A DNA stretch of 64,000 nt from an uncultured Verrucomicrobiae bacterium (GTDB taxonomy: Bacteria; Verrucomicrobiota; Verrucomicrobiia; Chthoniobacterales; JAFAMB01). Below the pieces are notes generated by a model. That model saw nothing but the letters and a program-made list of their open reading frames with translations. It ran no database searches and was not told the DNA's origin. The position numbers and the translations under genes are program-made. Positions 41,323-50,703 of this stretch are shown here, piece after piece. Each line of letters opens with the position of its first letter. Position 1 is the stretch's first letter. The stretch covers positions 110,655 through 174,654 of the forward strand of contig CAVULL010000022.1 of assembly GCA_963742335.1 (NCBI GenBank), written 5' to 3'.

Positions 41323-41413
41323 AATCAGTTGCCATCTGACGGCCTGGCTTAGGTCGCCTGGAGCGAACTTTAAGATTGAAGGCGATTCAACGGTCCAACT
41401 ATTCTATGAGAAT

Positions 41414-41830
41414 TCAGCTTCGGCCTTCGCCTCCAGCGCCTCTCCCGCAGGCGAGTGGTAGACTGATTTCTTCCCGTCGATAGAGCTGAATGGCAACCCT
41501 CTCGACCAAATTCCGCTCTCCCCGATTGATCGCCAGACCCATCCCTGATAATCCGATAACGGCGCGATAGTATTTCCGGCAGGACTCCCGAAAATCTTCA
41601 TCATTCCAAGGCCCATCGTATCCGGTCACGTTTCCCACGTCCAACGGCTGGCTTTGAAAATCCGTTCCATTGAGTTGACGTACCTCAGCGTTAAGATCCA
41701 TTAAACGCTGCTCACCAATTTGAAGATCAAACTCGATAAGCGAATCGATCTGATTTTCGTCCGACTCGAAAGCGGAAGCTCGCTTCAAATTTATTCTGAT
41801 GCACTTAAATTCGATTGTTCCAATAGGCAT
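41414..41830 (-). CDS. Hypothetical protein
   Basis: A 138-aa ORF with no recognised family. Its C-terminal ~25 aa look low-complexity, so the true end is uncertain. Confidence 0.3.
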   Translation of the reverse strand: MPIGTIEFKCIRINLKRASAFESDENQIDSLIEFDLQIGEQRLMDLNAEVRQLNGTDFQSQPLDVGNVTGYDGPWNDEDFRESCRKYYRAVIGLSGMGLAINRGERNLVERVAIQLYRREEISLPLACGRGAGGEGRS

Positions 41831-42266
41831 TTCAGTATCGGACTGTCACAAGGTTAAACTCTCGGACCTCAAGAAGGTTTCTAATGGAAAACTTTATGAC
41901 GGCCCTTGATTTTGTTCGGCAAGCGAAAAAAGCTTCTCAATTTAGCTTAATGCTCGGCGTGCGCAAGCCGGGAACCGAGCATTCCGCTGCCGTCCCGCGC
42001 CGTGAAGGTCTCTTCAACTTGTCCTAACCGACCACCGCACAAGGATCGCAACTTCGATCGCGCCCTGAGCGACGAAGGTCGATGTTAAAGCGATGCAGCC
42101 GCGCGATACGCGGACCGACCACGACTTATCGAGCATCACGTTCGACGAGCTCGCAATAGTCAGGATTGGCATGCAGCGCGCCGCCGTGGAACAGAGACGC
42201 AAGCACCGCGCCAACAAGCTTAGAGAATGCGTGCGTCAGACGAACCTCGCAAGCACGTCGGCAGAG

Positions 42267-44167
42267 ATAGGGGTAGGGACGACGGATTAGGTCGCCCCTC
42301 CCTCCGAACTGGGCAGGCGGATTTCCCGCACCCAGCTCTCCAGTTGGTGGTTACTTGTCATGAAGATCGGCGTGCCGCAAGGTAGGCTTGTCTTAAGGAG
42401 TACAAGCCTACTGCGGAGAAGTAGGCGTTTGGCCAGCGCTGATTGTCTCTACCGCATCCGCGCCCGTGCTTGCCTACTCGCTTTCGTAGAATGCTTCGCA
42501 GTCTACCTCGCGTGTAGCCGTCGACGGACTCGAATACGTTGCCTTTGCTGTGTTTGAAGTATCCAAACCATCCTCGCAGGGTCCGGTTCAAGTCCTCGCA
42601 GATGGTTTTGAGGCTGCGTCCATCAGTGCGTCGGGTCTTATCTCGGATCGTGTCTTTAAGTTTACCCATGCTTTTCTTGCGTGGCCATTTCATACTCCGT
42701 TCAAAATGATAGCCTAGGAAGTCGAAGCCTCCGGCTTGACTGGCATCTACCAGTCGCGTTTTGCTCGGATGTAAGGTCAGACCGTTCTCTTCTACCCAGT
42801 GCCGGACTCGCTCTAAGGCCTCTTGGGCTTGTTCCTGGCTGCTGCACAGCACGATGAAATCATCGGCGTAGCGCACCATTTCGAAGCCCCCTTTGGCCAT
42901 CTGCCAGTCCAACCCATCTAAGTAGATATTTGATAACATTGGGCTTATCACCGCCCCTTGTGGGGTCCCTTGCTCAGTCGGTTGCCATCCTTTAGCGCTA
43001 TCCATTACTCCTGCCTGAAGCATCTGTTCTAGGAGCTTTAATACTCTTCCGTCCGCGATTTTCTCCCTGATGCGATCCATCAGTCTTTCTTGCGGAATGG
43101 TGTCAAAGTAGGATTTCAGGTCCGCATCTACCACCCAGTGGCTGCCACCCTTGAGCAGTTCGTCCACTCGGCGCAGAGCGTCCTTACATCCTTTCCCAGG
43201 TCGGAATCCATAGCTTTGGGGTGCAAAGTCGCGCTCGAAGATCGGTTCCATGACATGAAGCAGGGCTCCTTGCACAATTCGATCTCTCAGAGTCGGCACT
43301 CCTAAGGGTCGCTTTTCGTTGCTCCCCGGCTTGGGTATCCATACCCGCTTGACCGCCTGCGGTTCGTACTGGTTGACTCTTAGTTCCTGCTCCAGTTTCG
43401 CTATCGTTTGGTCTTTACGTTCTTCAATTTGTCGCGCGTTTTGATGGTCGATTCCGGCGCTTCCGCCTTTGGCGACTACCTTCTCGAGCGAGCGTCCAAG
43501 ATTCCTTGGACTCCAGACTTTGTCTATCAGTCTGAACCATTTTCCTCCTTCGATCCCCGTTTCCAGGGTTGCCAACATGCGCTCCGTCCAGACCTCAGCT
43601 TCCACCCATGCCCACCGGGCACGGATCTCTCCGTCTTGTGGAGCCCTCTGGGGCACTGCCGACGGTGTTTGTTCCTGTGGTCTGTCTTTCACGCTTCCAC
43701 CTTCCTGCCTCCCTTGGCTCCACGGGCATTACCCCGCTTCTGCGCTACTATGGAGGCTCTGTCACCTTTCGGGTACGGTTCTTCGGACCTTCTGCAGACC
43801 ATGAACGCCGTTCCTTTCCCGAATCGTGATCCCTGATTCATGTCGCTCCAACTTCCGACCATTCTGTCTCCACCCACCCCATGCACTCCTGGCCCTACGC
43901 TCACTGTCTCGCCGCAGGTCAGGTCGCGAAGTTGCCGTTCTCCCTTTCCGGATCGGCTTCCGTTCTGGGCTTCGCCTTCACTTAGCAGGCTCGCCAATGC
44001 ATCAGGCCGTATCGAGTTCATCATTTTCTTAATTATGGACTGGTCGTTCGCTTCCGGTTGCTCCCCACCCCGCCTCTCGGCGACGCAGTTTCCTTCAGCT
44101 ACGGACAGCCAGTGTTCTGTCCGATGGGGACTTCCACCCCACTGTTGGTGCGCACTTTCAGGCGCAC
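42267..44167 (-). mobile_element. Group II intron with RT/maturase ORF (1901 nt)
   Basis: The reverse complement begins GTGCGCC (G corresponds to 44167). The RT ORF lies in domain IV. Domain V is GAGCTGGGTGCGGGAAATCCGCCTGCCCAGTTC (42306-42338). A domain VI hairpin has a bulged A and ends ..CCCCTAT at 42267. The rejoined flanks recreate the uninterrupted repeat flank seen in other copies. Confidence 0.85.
42358..43692 (-). CDS. Group II intron reverse transcriptase/maturase, without an endonuclease domain
   Basis: RT domain 5 motif 'VRYADDFIVLC' is present, with RT0-7 order and a maturase X domain. The protein is 444 aa and has no C-terminal HNH/En extension. Confidence 0.9.
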   Translation of the reverse strand: MKDRPQEQTPSAVPQRAPQDGEIRARWAWVEAEVWTERMLATLETGIEGGKWFRLIDKVWSPRNLGRSLEKVVAKGGSAGIDHQNARQIEERKDQTIAKLEQELRVNQYEPQAVKRVWIPKPGSNEKRPLGVPTLRDRIVQGALLHVMEPIFERDFAPQSYGFRPGKGCKDALRRVDELLKGGSHWVVDADLKSYFDTIPQERLMDRIREKIADGRVLKLLEQMLQAGVMDSAKGWQPTEQGTPQGAVISPMLSNIYLDGLDWQMAKGGFEMVRYADDFIVLCSSQEQAQEALERVRHWVEENGLTLHPSKTRLVDASQAGGFDFLGYHFERSMKWPRKKSMGKLKDTIRDKTRRTDGRSLKTICEDLNRTLRGWFGYFKHSKGNVFESVDGYTRGRLRSILRKRVGKHGRGCGRDNQRWPNAYFSAVGLYSLRQAYLAARRSS

Positions 44168-44224
44168 TAAGCGAACCGTCCCGGTTTGCCAGTGATGAGG
44201 AGGCAAAGCGGGACGCTTCGCCTA
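44168..44224. repeat. REP-like palindromic element, inverted orientation, flanked on both sides by group II intron 5' ends
   Basis: TAAGCGAACCGTCCCGGTTTGC (44168-89), a 13-nt spacer, then GCAAAGCGGGACGCTTCGCCTA (44203-24). Confidence 0.85.
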
Positions 44225-44935
44225 GTGTGCCCGACATGGGTTCAATGTAGTCAAATGAAAGGAAGTGACCGGAAGCCGTGACAGCAACCGTAGCGAAAAG
44301 CAAGGCGCAGGGCCGCGAGGCCCTGAGCTGAAAGAAGCGATAAGCAAAGACACGATCGTAGGAACACGAACGGGCAGAGAGGCCGCTTGCGGGCGAAGAG
44401 TGTGCTAGGAGACACGAAATCCAACCGTCACCGAAAGACGCGAGAGGTAGAGCCCGACGACACGGGTCGAAACATTGAACACCTTACTCGGGGAGATCTG
44501 CCGGGCGAGAGTCCGCGCAGAAGTCAGCAGAGGCCGTAGTAGTGAAGAAAGCCGGTGAAAGCCGGAAGGAGCGAAGGGCCAAAGAACCAAGAGACAGACC
44601 AGCTGAAAGAACTCTGGAAAAGCGGAGCGAGAAGTTTCCCGAAACAGTCTAGGAGCGAGCCACGAGCACACTTCCGAGACAGCTCAGCGCGGGGAGAGTA
44701 AAGCAGTGGATCTGCTTGAAGGAACCGAGCGAGGGGAAGCAAGCCCGCACCAGACGAACTAAAGTGCAGAGGTGCTGAATGAAATGACCATGGCCGAAGT
44801 GCTATCGGCTTCGTCATACCATGGCAGGACGCAGTGGGCTACACCCATTGCCGGGTTCAACCGCCGGATGCGGAAAACCGCATGTCCGGTGGTGTGGGAG
44901 GGTCACGGCGCGCAATCACCGTGACCCGACCCGAT
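44225..44935 (+). mobile_element. ORF-less group II intron-like RNA element (711 nt)
   Basis: The element starts GTGTGCC. A 34-nt domain V-like hairpin ACCGCCGGATGCGGAAAACCGCATGTCCGGTGGT lies at 44860-44893. It is followed by a domain VI-like hairpin with a bulged A, ending ..CCCGAT at 44935. GA-rich, stem-loop-rich sequence lies upstream. Only short antisense ORFs are present. Confidence 0.65.
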
Positions 44936-45088
44936 CCGCTTACTGGTAAACGCCAGTACCGCAATCAATACGATTTTGGAACGAGAGCGTGGGAGGCACG
45001 CCGATCCCCGAGAAGAAAGGGCAGCTATTCGAAATTTTGCCGACCGTTCTGAACTTCCGAGTCGGTCTTCGGTCGGGGCCAGGTCAAT

Positions 45089-46009
45089 TTAACGCAGGCC
45101 TCGCCCCGCTCCATTGCCCCCGGCACAGATTTGAGCCAGGATGTCGACAAATCGAGAAACGACTGGAGCGGATACTGCGTCCGGCTTCCAGGCGGCTCCT
45201 ACAGGCACCCAGGCACTATCCTCGTGAGCAAGATCGCGGAAAATCACACCCTTGGCCGGCACTTTCTCCAATGGCTCACTGACAATCGCAACGCCAAATC
45301 CCGCCGCTACGAAAGCGAGCGCGCTCGCGGCGCCGTCCGCTTCCTTCACGATGCGAGGCTTGAAACCCACTCGGCGGCAAACTTTGAGGAGCCAATCGCC
45401 ATAGTTCGGATACATCCGACTCAGCCCGATAAAAGGTTCTTCTTTCAAAAGCGACAAAGGAATCTCTGCCTTGCCCGCGTGCGGGTGCGACTTCGGCAGC
45501 GCCAATCTCACCGGGTACTTAATCAAGAACCGGACGTGCAACAATTCCAATACGGGACGATCGCTTGGCACAAGGATACCTACGGAGATACGTCCCTCGA
45601 GCAACGCCCTCTCCTGGGATACCGAATCCATTTCGATGCAATCGACAATGATGCCTGGAGCAGTGAGCCGCCAGACTTCCAGTGCCTTGCCCAAGAAATC
45701 GTGCGTCAATGCGGACATATATCCTATGGCCAATTCACCGATCTCGCCCCGACTGATCCTCTGAGCCTTTTTAATCGACGCCTCGCAGTCTTCGAGGATC
45801 CGTCTGGCGTCGACCAGGAATGATTTACCTGCCGGCGTGAGGGCGACTCCTTTGCGCCGTCTCTCAAACAAATTTATTCCGAGTTCCCCTTCCAGGTCGT
45901 GGATCTGCTTGCTGAAAGGCGGCTGCGAAACATGCAAACGGTCGGCGGCATGAGTGAAATTTAATTCCTCGGCAGCAGCAACGAAGTATTCAAGATGGCG
46001 GAACTTCAT
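45089..46009 (-). CDS. LysR-family transcriptional regulator
   Basis: 'MKFRHLEYFVAAAEELNFTHAADRLHVSQPPFSKQIHDLEGELGINLFER'. The ATG lies at 46009. Confidence 0.9.
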   Translation of the reverse strand: MKFRHLEYFVAAAEELNFTHAADRLHVSQPPFSKQIHDLEGELGINLFERRRKGVALTPAGKSFLVDARRILEDCEASIKKAQRISRGEIGELAIGYMSALTHDFLGKALEVWRLTAPGIIVDCIEMDSVSQERALLEGRISVGILVPSDRPVLELLHVRFLIKYPVRLALPKSHPHAGKAEIPLSLLKEEPFIGLSRMYPNYGDWLLKVCRRVGFKPRIVKEADGAASALAFVAAGFGVAIVSEPLEKVPAKGVIFRDLAHEDSAWVPVGAAWKPDAVSAPVVSRFVDILAQICAGGNGAGRGLR

Positions 46010-46271
46010 GGCGGCCTTTGGTCTCTTTGCCCCATTATTGCCCGAACCTCGGTTTAGCTCACCTGGGAAAATGAGGATTATCCGCACCATAGCTCGCCCC
46101 CCCAAAAAACGCAATCTTTAAGGGAGTTACTGCAAAATCGCGGCCGGCCAGGAGACCGGCTGCAGGCGTAGGCCACTTTGCTTTTCAGAGGAATCAGCCT
46201 GGATCCTCTTCAAGTTAAATGGACCTTCTCGAAAAACTCACCGACACTTCGCTCTGAGTCCTTCCGGTTCG

Positions 46272-46517
46272 CTAATTCATCGCCTCTCGCCAACCAGGGA
46301 TTCCCGCGGTGACTGCAGCGACGTCACAATGGAGAGCGACACAGATCTGGCAAAGACTGGAAAACGTCAGATTACATTCGCCGCGTTCAACTCCACCAAA
46401 ATAACCTTTGTCCAAACCGCATTGGCTGGAAAACTCTTTTTGAGTCCAGCCTAGCTTTTGCCGGGAGGCTCTAATACGCCAGCCCAACTTTAGGAGTTCT
46501 ACATTCATGACGTACAT
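46272..46517 (-). CDS. XRE-family helix-turn-helix protein
   Basis: 'LGWRIRASRQKLGWTQKEFSSQCGLDKGYFGGVERGECNLTFSSLCQI'. Confidence 0.75.
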   Translation of the reverse strand: MYVMNVELLKLGWRIRASRQKLGWTQKEFSSQCGLDKGYFGGVERGECNLTFSSLCQICVALHCDVAAVTAGIPGWREAMN

Positions 46518-46569
46518 ATTTCGTAAGAAGGTCTCGCAGAACGGTTGCCGAAGCGATTAGCCCGGGACA

Positions 46570-46779
46570 CTACTTCACAGACCGCTTGCTGCTTAGCGTA
46601 AGTGTAAGAAGAACTCCAAGGGCGAACCCGGCGGCCGCAGTGATAAACAAAAGGATAGCGTGCGGCATAACGAGGGTCGCGAAAAGCACATGCGTGGCAA
46701 CCGGTTCCCGATTCTGGACGACGACGATAGCCACCAAGATGGCCAGAATCGAGGCGGCAATGAGTTTCAAATTGCGCAT
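46570..46779 (-). CDS. LapA/DUF1049-type small membrane protein
   Basis: 'MRNLKLIAASILAILVAIVVVQN..' contains two TM helices in ~69 aa. Confidence 0.55.
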   Translation of the reverse strand: MRNLKLIAASILAILVAIVVVQNREPVATHVLFATLVMPHAILLFITAAAGFALGVLLTLTLSSKRSVK

Positions 46780-46810
46780 AAGGAAGAGCGATGCTCCTGC
46801 AAAATTTGTC

Positions 46811-47281
46811 TTAAGCGAGACGCCAGCTCTGCAGCCCAGCAACAGCTGGCCCCTTGGAAATATCTGGTTCGATCACCAGTTGAAGTCTCCAGACCCCATG
46901 GAGTTCTACCTGGTAATCTTCCGTCTGGATTGTCGAGCCGCTAGGACTGAAATTCCATTGTTGGTGAAAAAGGAGCCGGGGCGGGTCCGTCTTATCTTTA
47001 GACCATAGCAAGGTGAACTGCTGTGTGCGCTCGACGTGCAGCTCTACAAACTGGAGGTAAATTCGACTGATCTTTTGCGGCTCGTCGAAAAGGAGGCCGA
47101 TCGTTTGTTTTCCTGGACCAGAAGCACGCCATCCACGTTTGTCTCCATCCCCAAAGGCCGATTCAACGGGGTACAGCGGGTTCTCAGAAGACACTTCGAC
47201 TTGCGCGATCGCGCTGATGTCCAACCATGGTCCTTTGTCCGGCCCCGATTCCGTCTCGTCCCTTTTGATAATTTTTCTCAT
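46811..47281 (-). CDS. Hypothetical protein
   Basis: A ~156-aa ORF. The start is taken at MRKIIKRD. No family was confidently recognised. Confidence 0.4.
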   Translation of the reverse strand: MRKIIKRDETESGPDKGPWLDISAIAQVEVSSENPLYPVESAFGDGDKRGWRASGPGKQTIGLLFDEPQKISRIYLQFVELHVERTQQFTLLWSKDKTDPPRLLFHQQWNFSPSGSTIQTEDYQVELHGVWRLQLVIEPDISKGPAVAGLQSWRLA

Positions 47282-47621
47282 ACTGAAAGATCCTCTCATT
47301 TTTCTCCTGGTAGTTTAGGCAGTTTGAGAGCTCCACTCTGCAAACGGGCGATCGGCTGACTTTCAGGTCTGACCTCTCCGACGGAGTTCGCTCTTTAGCC
47401 GGGACCGCAAGGAGAAAAATAAACGCGGTCTTGCCCAGTTACGGTGATCTAAAGAGGAGTATCGTTCGTTTTCTTTCCCCGCTCCCATACTGTTCTCGAT
47501 CAGTTGCAGTTACCTTTGGGTATGTCCAGGGGAAGTTTCCGGCCCTTTCCATTTCGCTAGAATCAAGTTAGTTCCGGCTTATGTTACCCAGCAAATCGGT
47601 TTTTGGCGAAGAAACTTCCAG

Positions 47622-48530
47622 ATGATCGGATCTCAGCCCCTGTGGTTACGGGCAACCCTTCTGTGCCGAAGGGCAATTGAATCTTTTCTGCGAATCATCA
47701 GTGAAGCATTTCAGAGATATGGCCGAATCGACGGGGAACAATGCGCAGCATCTTTCGCTTACTACGCGTTCTTCTCCTTGTTTCCATTGATCCTTTTGTT
47801 GGTGGTCGTGGGAACATTTTTTGTTCCGGACAGGCAGCAAGCTGCTCGTCAGGTCGTCAAACAAGTTGAAGAATACGTGCCGCTGCAGGCGAAGGATAAA
47901 ACGATGCTGGTCGACACCATAGTTCATGCCATTGAGAATGGTTGGCGGGCAGGAATACTCGGAGTTTTGGCCTTGATCTGGAGTGCCCTCCGATTTTTCC
48001 AGGCACTCGTTATCGGGGTCAACCGAGCCTGGGGATTCAAAGATTACAACTGGTGGAAGCTCCCACTGAAAAACCTTTTCATGATCGGGATTCTGATCAG
48101 TGCTCTCGTCCTCGGTCTCTTGGCGCCTCTGGTATTCAATCGCCTGAAAACAATTTTTTACCTGGATTTCAATCTAATCGTCACCTTGTTGCCGATGATC
48201 CTTCCGCCAGCCATTCTTTTCTACGGGCTTCTCATGTTTTATAAATTCGCCCCACGCAGGCCCGCTCGCTTCAGTCAGGTCTGGATTGCCGCCCTGCTGG
48301 CAACCTTGTTTCTTGAATTCGGCCAACACGTCTTTGAGTGGTATCTGGTCGCGTTCACCAGTTTTAATGCGCTTTACGGAGTTTTTGGAACCATTATGGG
48401 GCTGCTCCTGTGGATCTATTTTTCAGGAGTTATTCTTCTCTTGGGCGGCTGTATCGCGGCAACAATCCATGGCCCGCTGAGCACCGGGAACGCCATAGAT
48501 TCGCTGCTAGCCCGCACCGAACGCCGCTGA
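47622..48530 (+). CDS. YihY/BrkB-family membrane protein
   Basis: 'CAASFAYYAFFSLFPLILLLV' and a multi-TM profile are typical of the YihY family. Confidence 0.75.
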   Translation: MIGSQPLWLRATLLCRRAIESFLRIISEAFQRYGRIDGEQCAASFAYYAFFSLFPLILLLVVVGTFFVPDRQQAARQVVKQVEEYVPLQAKDKTMLVDTIVHAIENGWRAGILGVLALIWSALRFFQALVIGVNRAWGFKDYNWWKLPLKNLFMIGILISALVLGLLAPLVFNRLKTIFYLDFNLIVTLLPMILPPAILFYGLLMFYKFAPRRPARFSQVWIAALLATLFLEFGQHVFEWYLVAFTSFNALYGVFGTIMGLLLWIYFSGVILLLGGCIAATIHGPLSTGNAIDSLLARTERR

Positions 48531-48791
48531 ATTAATCTTAAGACTGGTGTGGTTCTCGACTTCTCTCCCAGCCACTTTCATCTGGCCCGGAGGCTGACGA
48601 CACAAACATGGTCATATGCAAAGGCAATGGTAACTGGTTGATAAAAGTATGGCGCAAGGCGGCCAGAGAGGACGAGATTTACCCTAGTAACTGCCGCACA
48701 CGACATCTTGCAACTCCGAGGTGAAACAGGGCCCGGGAACATCGCTGGTCGGGTTGTCCCACTTCCGGCGGCTCCAACCACCTAGCAAATT

Positions 48792-49892
48792 ATGTTCTCA
48801 CGAATTCCTTTCCAAAAAGTCAATTGGCTGACCAGCTCATTCCTCATCGGCACTTTATTTCTCTCGCTCACCGCGGTCCCTGCCTACCTCTATTTCTTTG
48901 GCATCGACTGGTTCCAGATCGTGCTCTTCTTTGTCATGTTTTGTGCCTGTGGATTTTCCATTACCGTTGGTTACCACCGGCTCTATTCGCACCGTACGTT
49001 TCAGGCACATTGGATTGTGCGGCTTTTAACCCTCATCTTCGGCGCAGGAGCCTTTGAAAACTCAGCATTGCTTTGGGCGTGCGACCACCGCACCCACCAC
49101 AAGCATGTCGACCACGATGAAGATCCTTACAGCATTTCAAAAGGCTTTTTTCACGCTCACATCGGTTGGCTAATGTTTAAGCTCAACCCGGTTCCGCCTT
49201 TCGACAACGTGGCCGACCTGCAGAAAGATCAGCTCGTCCTTTGGCAGCATCGATACATTCACTGGATCGGTACGTCGGTGGCCTTTTTGTTTCCGGCGGC
49301 ACTCGGTTTCGCACGAGGCGGTTGGATTTCGGCTCTCGGCGCATTCCTCATTGCGGGAGTGGCACGTGTCGTCGTCCTCCAGCATTGTACCTTTTGCATC
49401 AATTCTTTGTGTCACTACCTTGGCGATCGTCCGTATTCTTCCAGATGCAGCGCGCGGGATTCCTGGCTCATGGCGATCGTCACCTTCGGCGAAGGCTACC
49501 ATAACTATCATCACGAGTTTCAGCACGATTACCGGAACGGAGTGAAGCCGTGGCATTTCGATCCCACCAAGTGGCTCATCTGGACCCTCTCGAAGTTCGG
49601 TCTGGTCAGCAAACTGCGCCGTGTCTCCCGGGAAAAAATCCTTCTGGCCCAACTCGCCGAAACGCAGCGCCTGCTCCAGACGACGCTCGCCCGACCCGGC
49701 TTGACCGATGCGGCTTCCGCTTACATCGCAAACGCTTACCATCGCCTGCAGGCGACTGCGCAGCACTGGACACAACGCAGAGCCGAACAATTCGAAGTCA
49801 CTCGAGAGATGCTAGCCGATCTCCGCAGGGAGATTCGTGCCGCAACGAGCGCCCTCCATCTGTTCGGGTCCCGGGGAGGCGAGCTAGCTTAG
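48792..49892 (+). CDS. Acyl-CoA (delta-9 type) fatty acid desaturase
   Basis: The three histidine boxes are 'HRLYSH', 'HRTHHKH' and 'HNYHHEF'. The stop codon TAG (49890-92) lies inside a transposon-terminus-like sequence. Confidence 0.85.
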   Translation: MFSRIPFQKVNWLTSSFLIGTLFLSLTAVPAYLYFFGIDWFQIVLFFVMFCACGFSITVGYHRLYSHRTFQAHWIVRLLTLIFGAGAFENSALLWACDHRTHHKHVDHDEDPYSISKGFFHAHIGWLMFKLNPVPPFDNVADLQKDQLVLWQHRYIHWIGTSVAFLFPAALGFARGGWISALGAFLIAGVARVVVLQHCTFCINSLCHYLGDRPYSSRCSARDSWLMAIVTFGEGYHNYHHEFQHDYRNGVKPWHFDPTKWLIWTLSKFGLVSKLRRVSREKILLAQLAETQRLLQTTLARPGLTDAASAYIANAYHRLQATAQHWTQRRAEQFEVTREMLADLRREIRAATSALHLFGSRGGELA

Positions 49893-49917
49893 TGTCCTGT
49901 CCCAACCTCTGAGGTTA
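49890..49917. repeat. Solo terminal-inverted-repeat-like sequence related to the MITE at 50704
   Basis: TAGTGTCCTGTCCC is identical to the first 14 nt of the MITE terminus. It is followed by its own small palindrome AACCTCTGAGGTT. Confidence 0.6.
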
Positions 49918-49933
49918 AAGCCCCAGCGGCCCC

Positions 49934-50257
49934 TTACCGTCTTACACCGCCGTAGCCGAGTATTTTCTCTCCGGGTTCGTAGGCGTCGATCAGAATGCTT
50001 TCGCCGGCCGCTATCTCCGGGTCGGAAAGCATTTCAAATTCAACCAACCCATTTAACCCTACAGTGTGCTTTTTTGCAGCCCTGCTTTTGAGTGGTTCAC
50101 GAAGTTCCATCTCATAAATCGTCTGTGGGCCGCTATAGGCGACCCGCAATCGCCAGGAATGTATGCTGCCCTCCTTCCTTTGAGAGTCGGATTTGCCTCT
50201 GCTACGGCGGGCTTGCAATTTCAGAATGCTCAGTACGGTGGCCTTAAGAGTCTCCAT
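49934..50257 (-). CDS. Hypothetical protein (107 aa)
   Basis: ORF only. No family was recognised. Confidence 0.3.
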   Translation of the reverse strand: METLKATVLSILKLQARRSRGKSDSQRKEGSIHSWRLRVAYSGPQTIYEMELREPLKSRAAKKHTVGLNGLVEFEMLSDPEIAAGESILIDAYEPGEKILGYGGVRR

Positions 50258-50397
50258 GGAATGATTCTACCAATTTTAGAGCGGTCCTAGCCCGCAAAGA
50301 CCGGCTAAAAGCTAGTTTTAGCCTTCCTTTGTTAGAATCAACACGATTCTTCATTTCAGTCATAGCATTCAACCCACTTCGCATCGACAATAGTCAG

Positions 50398-50634
50398 ATG
50401 ACGCCAATTCACGCTAAAGTCGCATCAGCCGAGAAAGAGCGCGATCATTTCCGCCTGATTATTGACCTGATACCATCTGAGTTTTTGGGACCATTCGAAC
50501 GTCTCCGATTCAAGAAGGATCCTCATTGCGGCTCCTTTAGCACCTCCCTGACCGCGAATTGGCTCACGCTCACTTATCGGAAAAATCCCGGGTTCAAAGT
50601 TGGTGACATCTTTCCTCTCTCACGGATTGATTAA
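50398..50634 (+). CDS. Hypothetical protein (~78 aa)
   Basis: ORF only, with the ATG at 50398. No family was recognised. Confidence 0.25.
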   Translation: MTPIHAKVASAEKERDHFRLIIDLIPSEFLGPFERLRFKKDPHCGSFSTSLTANWLTLTYRKNPGFKVGDIFPLSRID

Positions 50635-50703
50635 AAAGGCGACTCGGGAGGGATCATAATCCTGGCTTCAACCGGATGAAGCCTGAACTGCTAGTGGTCA
50701 ATC

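Noticed and set aside
43689-44303. 204-aa minus-strand ORF upstream of the RT gene
   Set aside because: It runs through group II intron domains I-III, the intron 5' end, the 57-bp palindrome and into the second intron. It has Ser/Gly/Arg-rich composition and no motif. It is an accidental open frame in structured RNA sequence.
44405-44817. Minus-strand ORFs 44405-44671 and 44524-44817 inside the ORF-less intron
   Set aside because: They are antisense to the intron-like RNA, overlap each other, have low-complexity Leu/Ser/Pro-rich text, and show no RT or maturase motifs.
45131-45823. 230-aa plus-strand ORF
   Set aside because: It is entirely antisense to a clearly recognisable intact LysR regulator (45089-46009) and has no motifs of its own.
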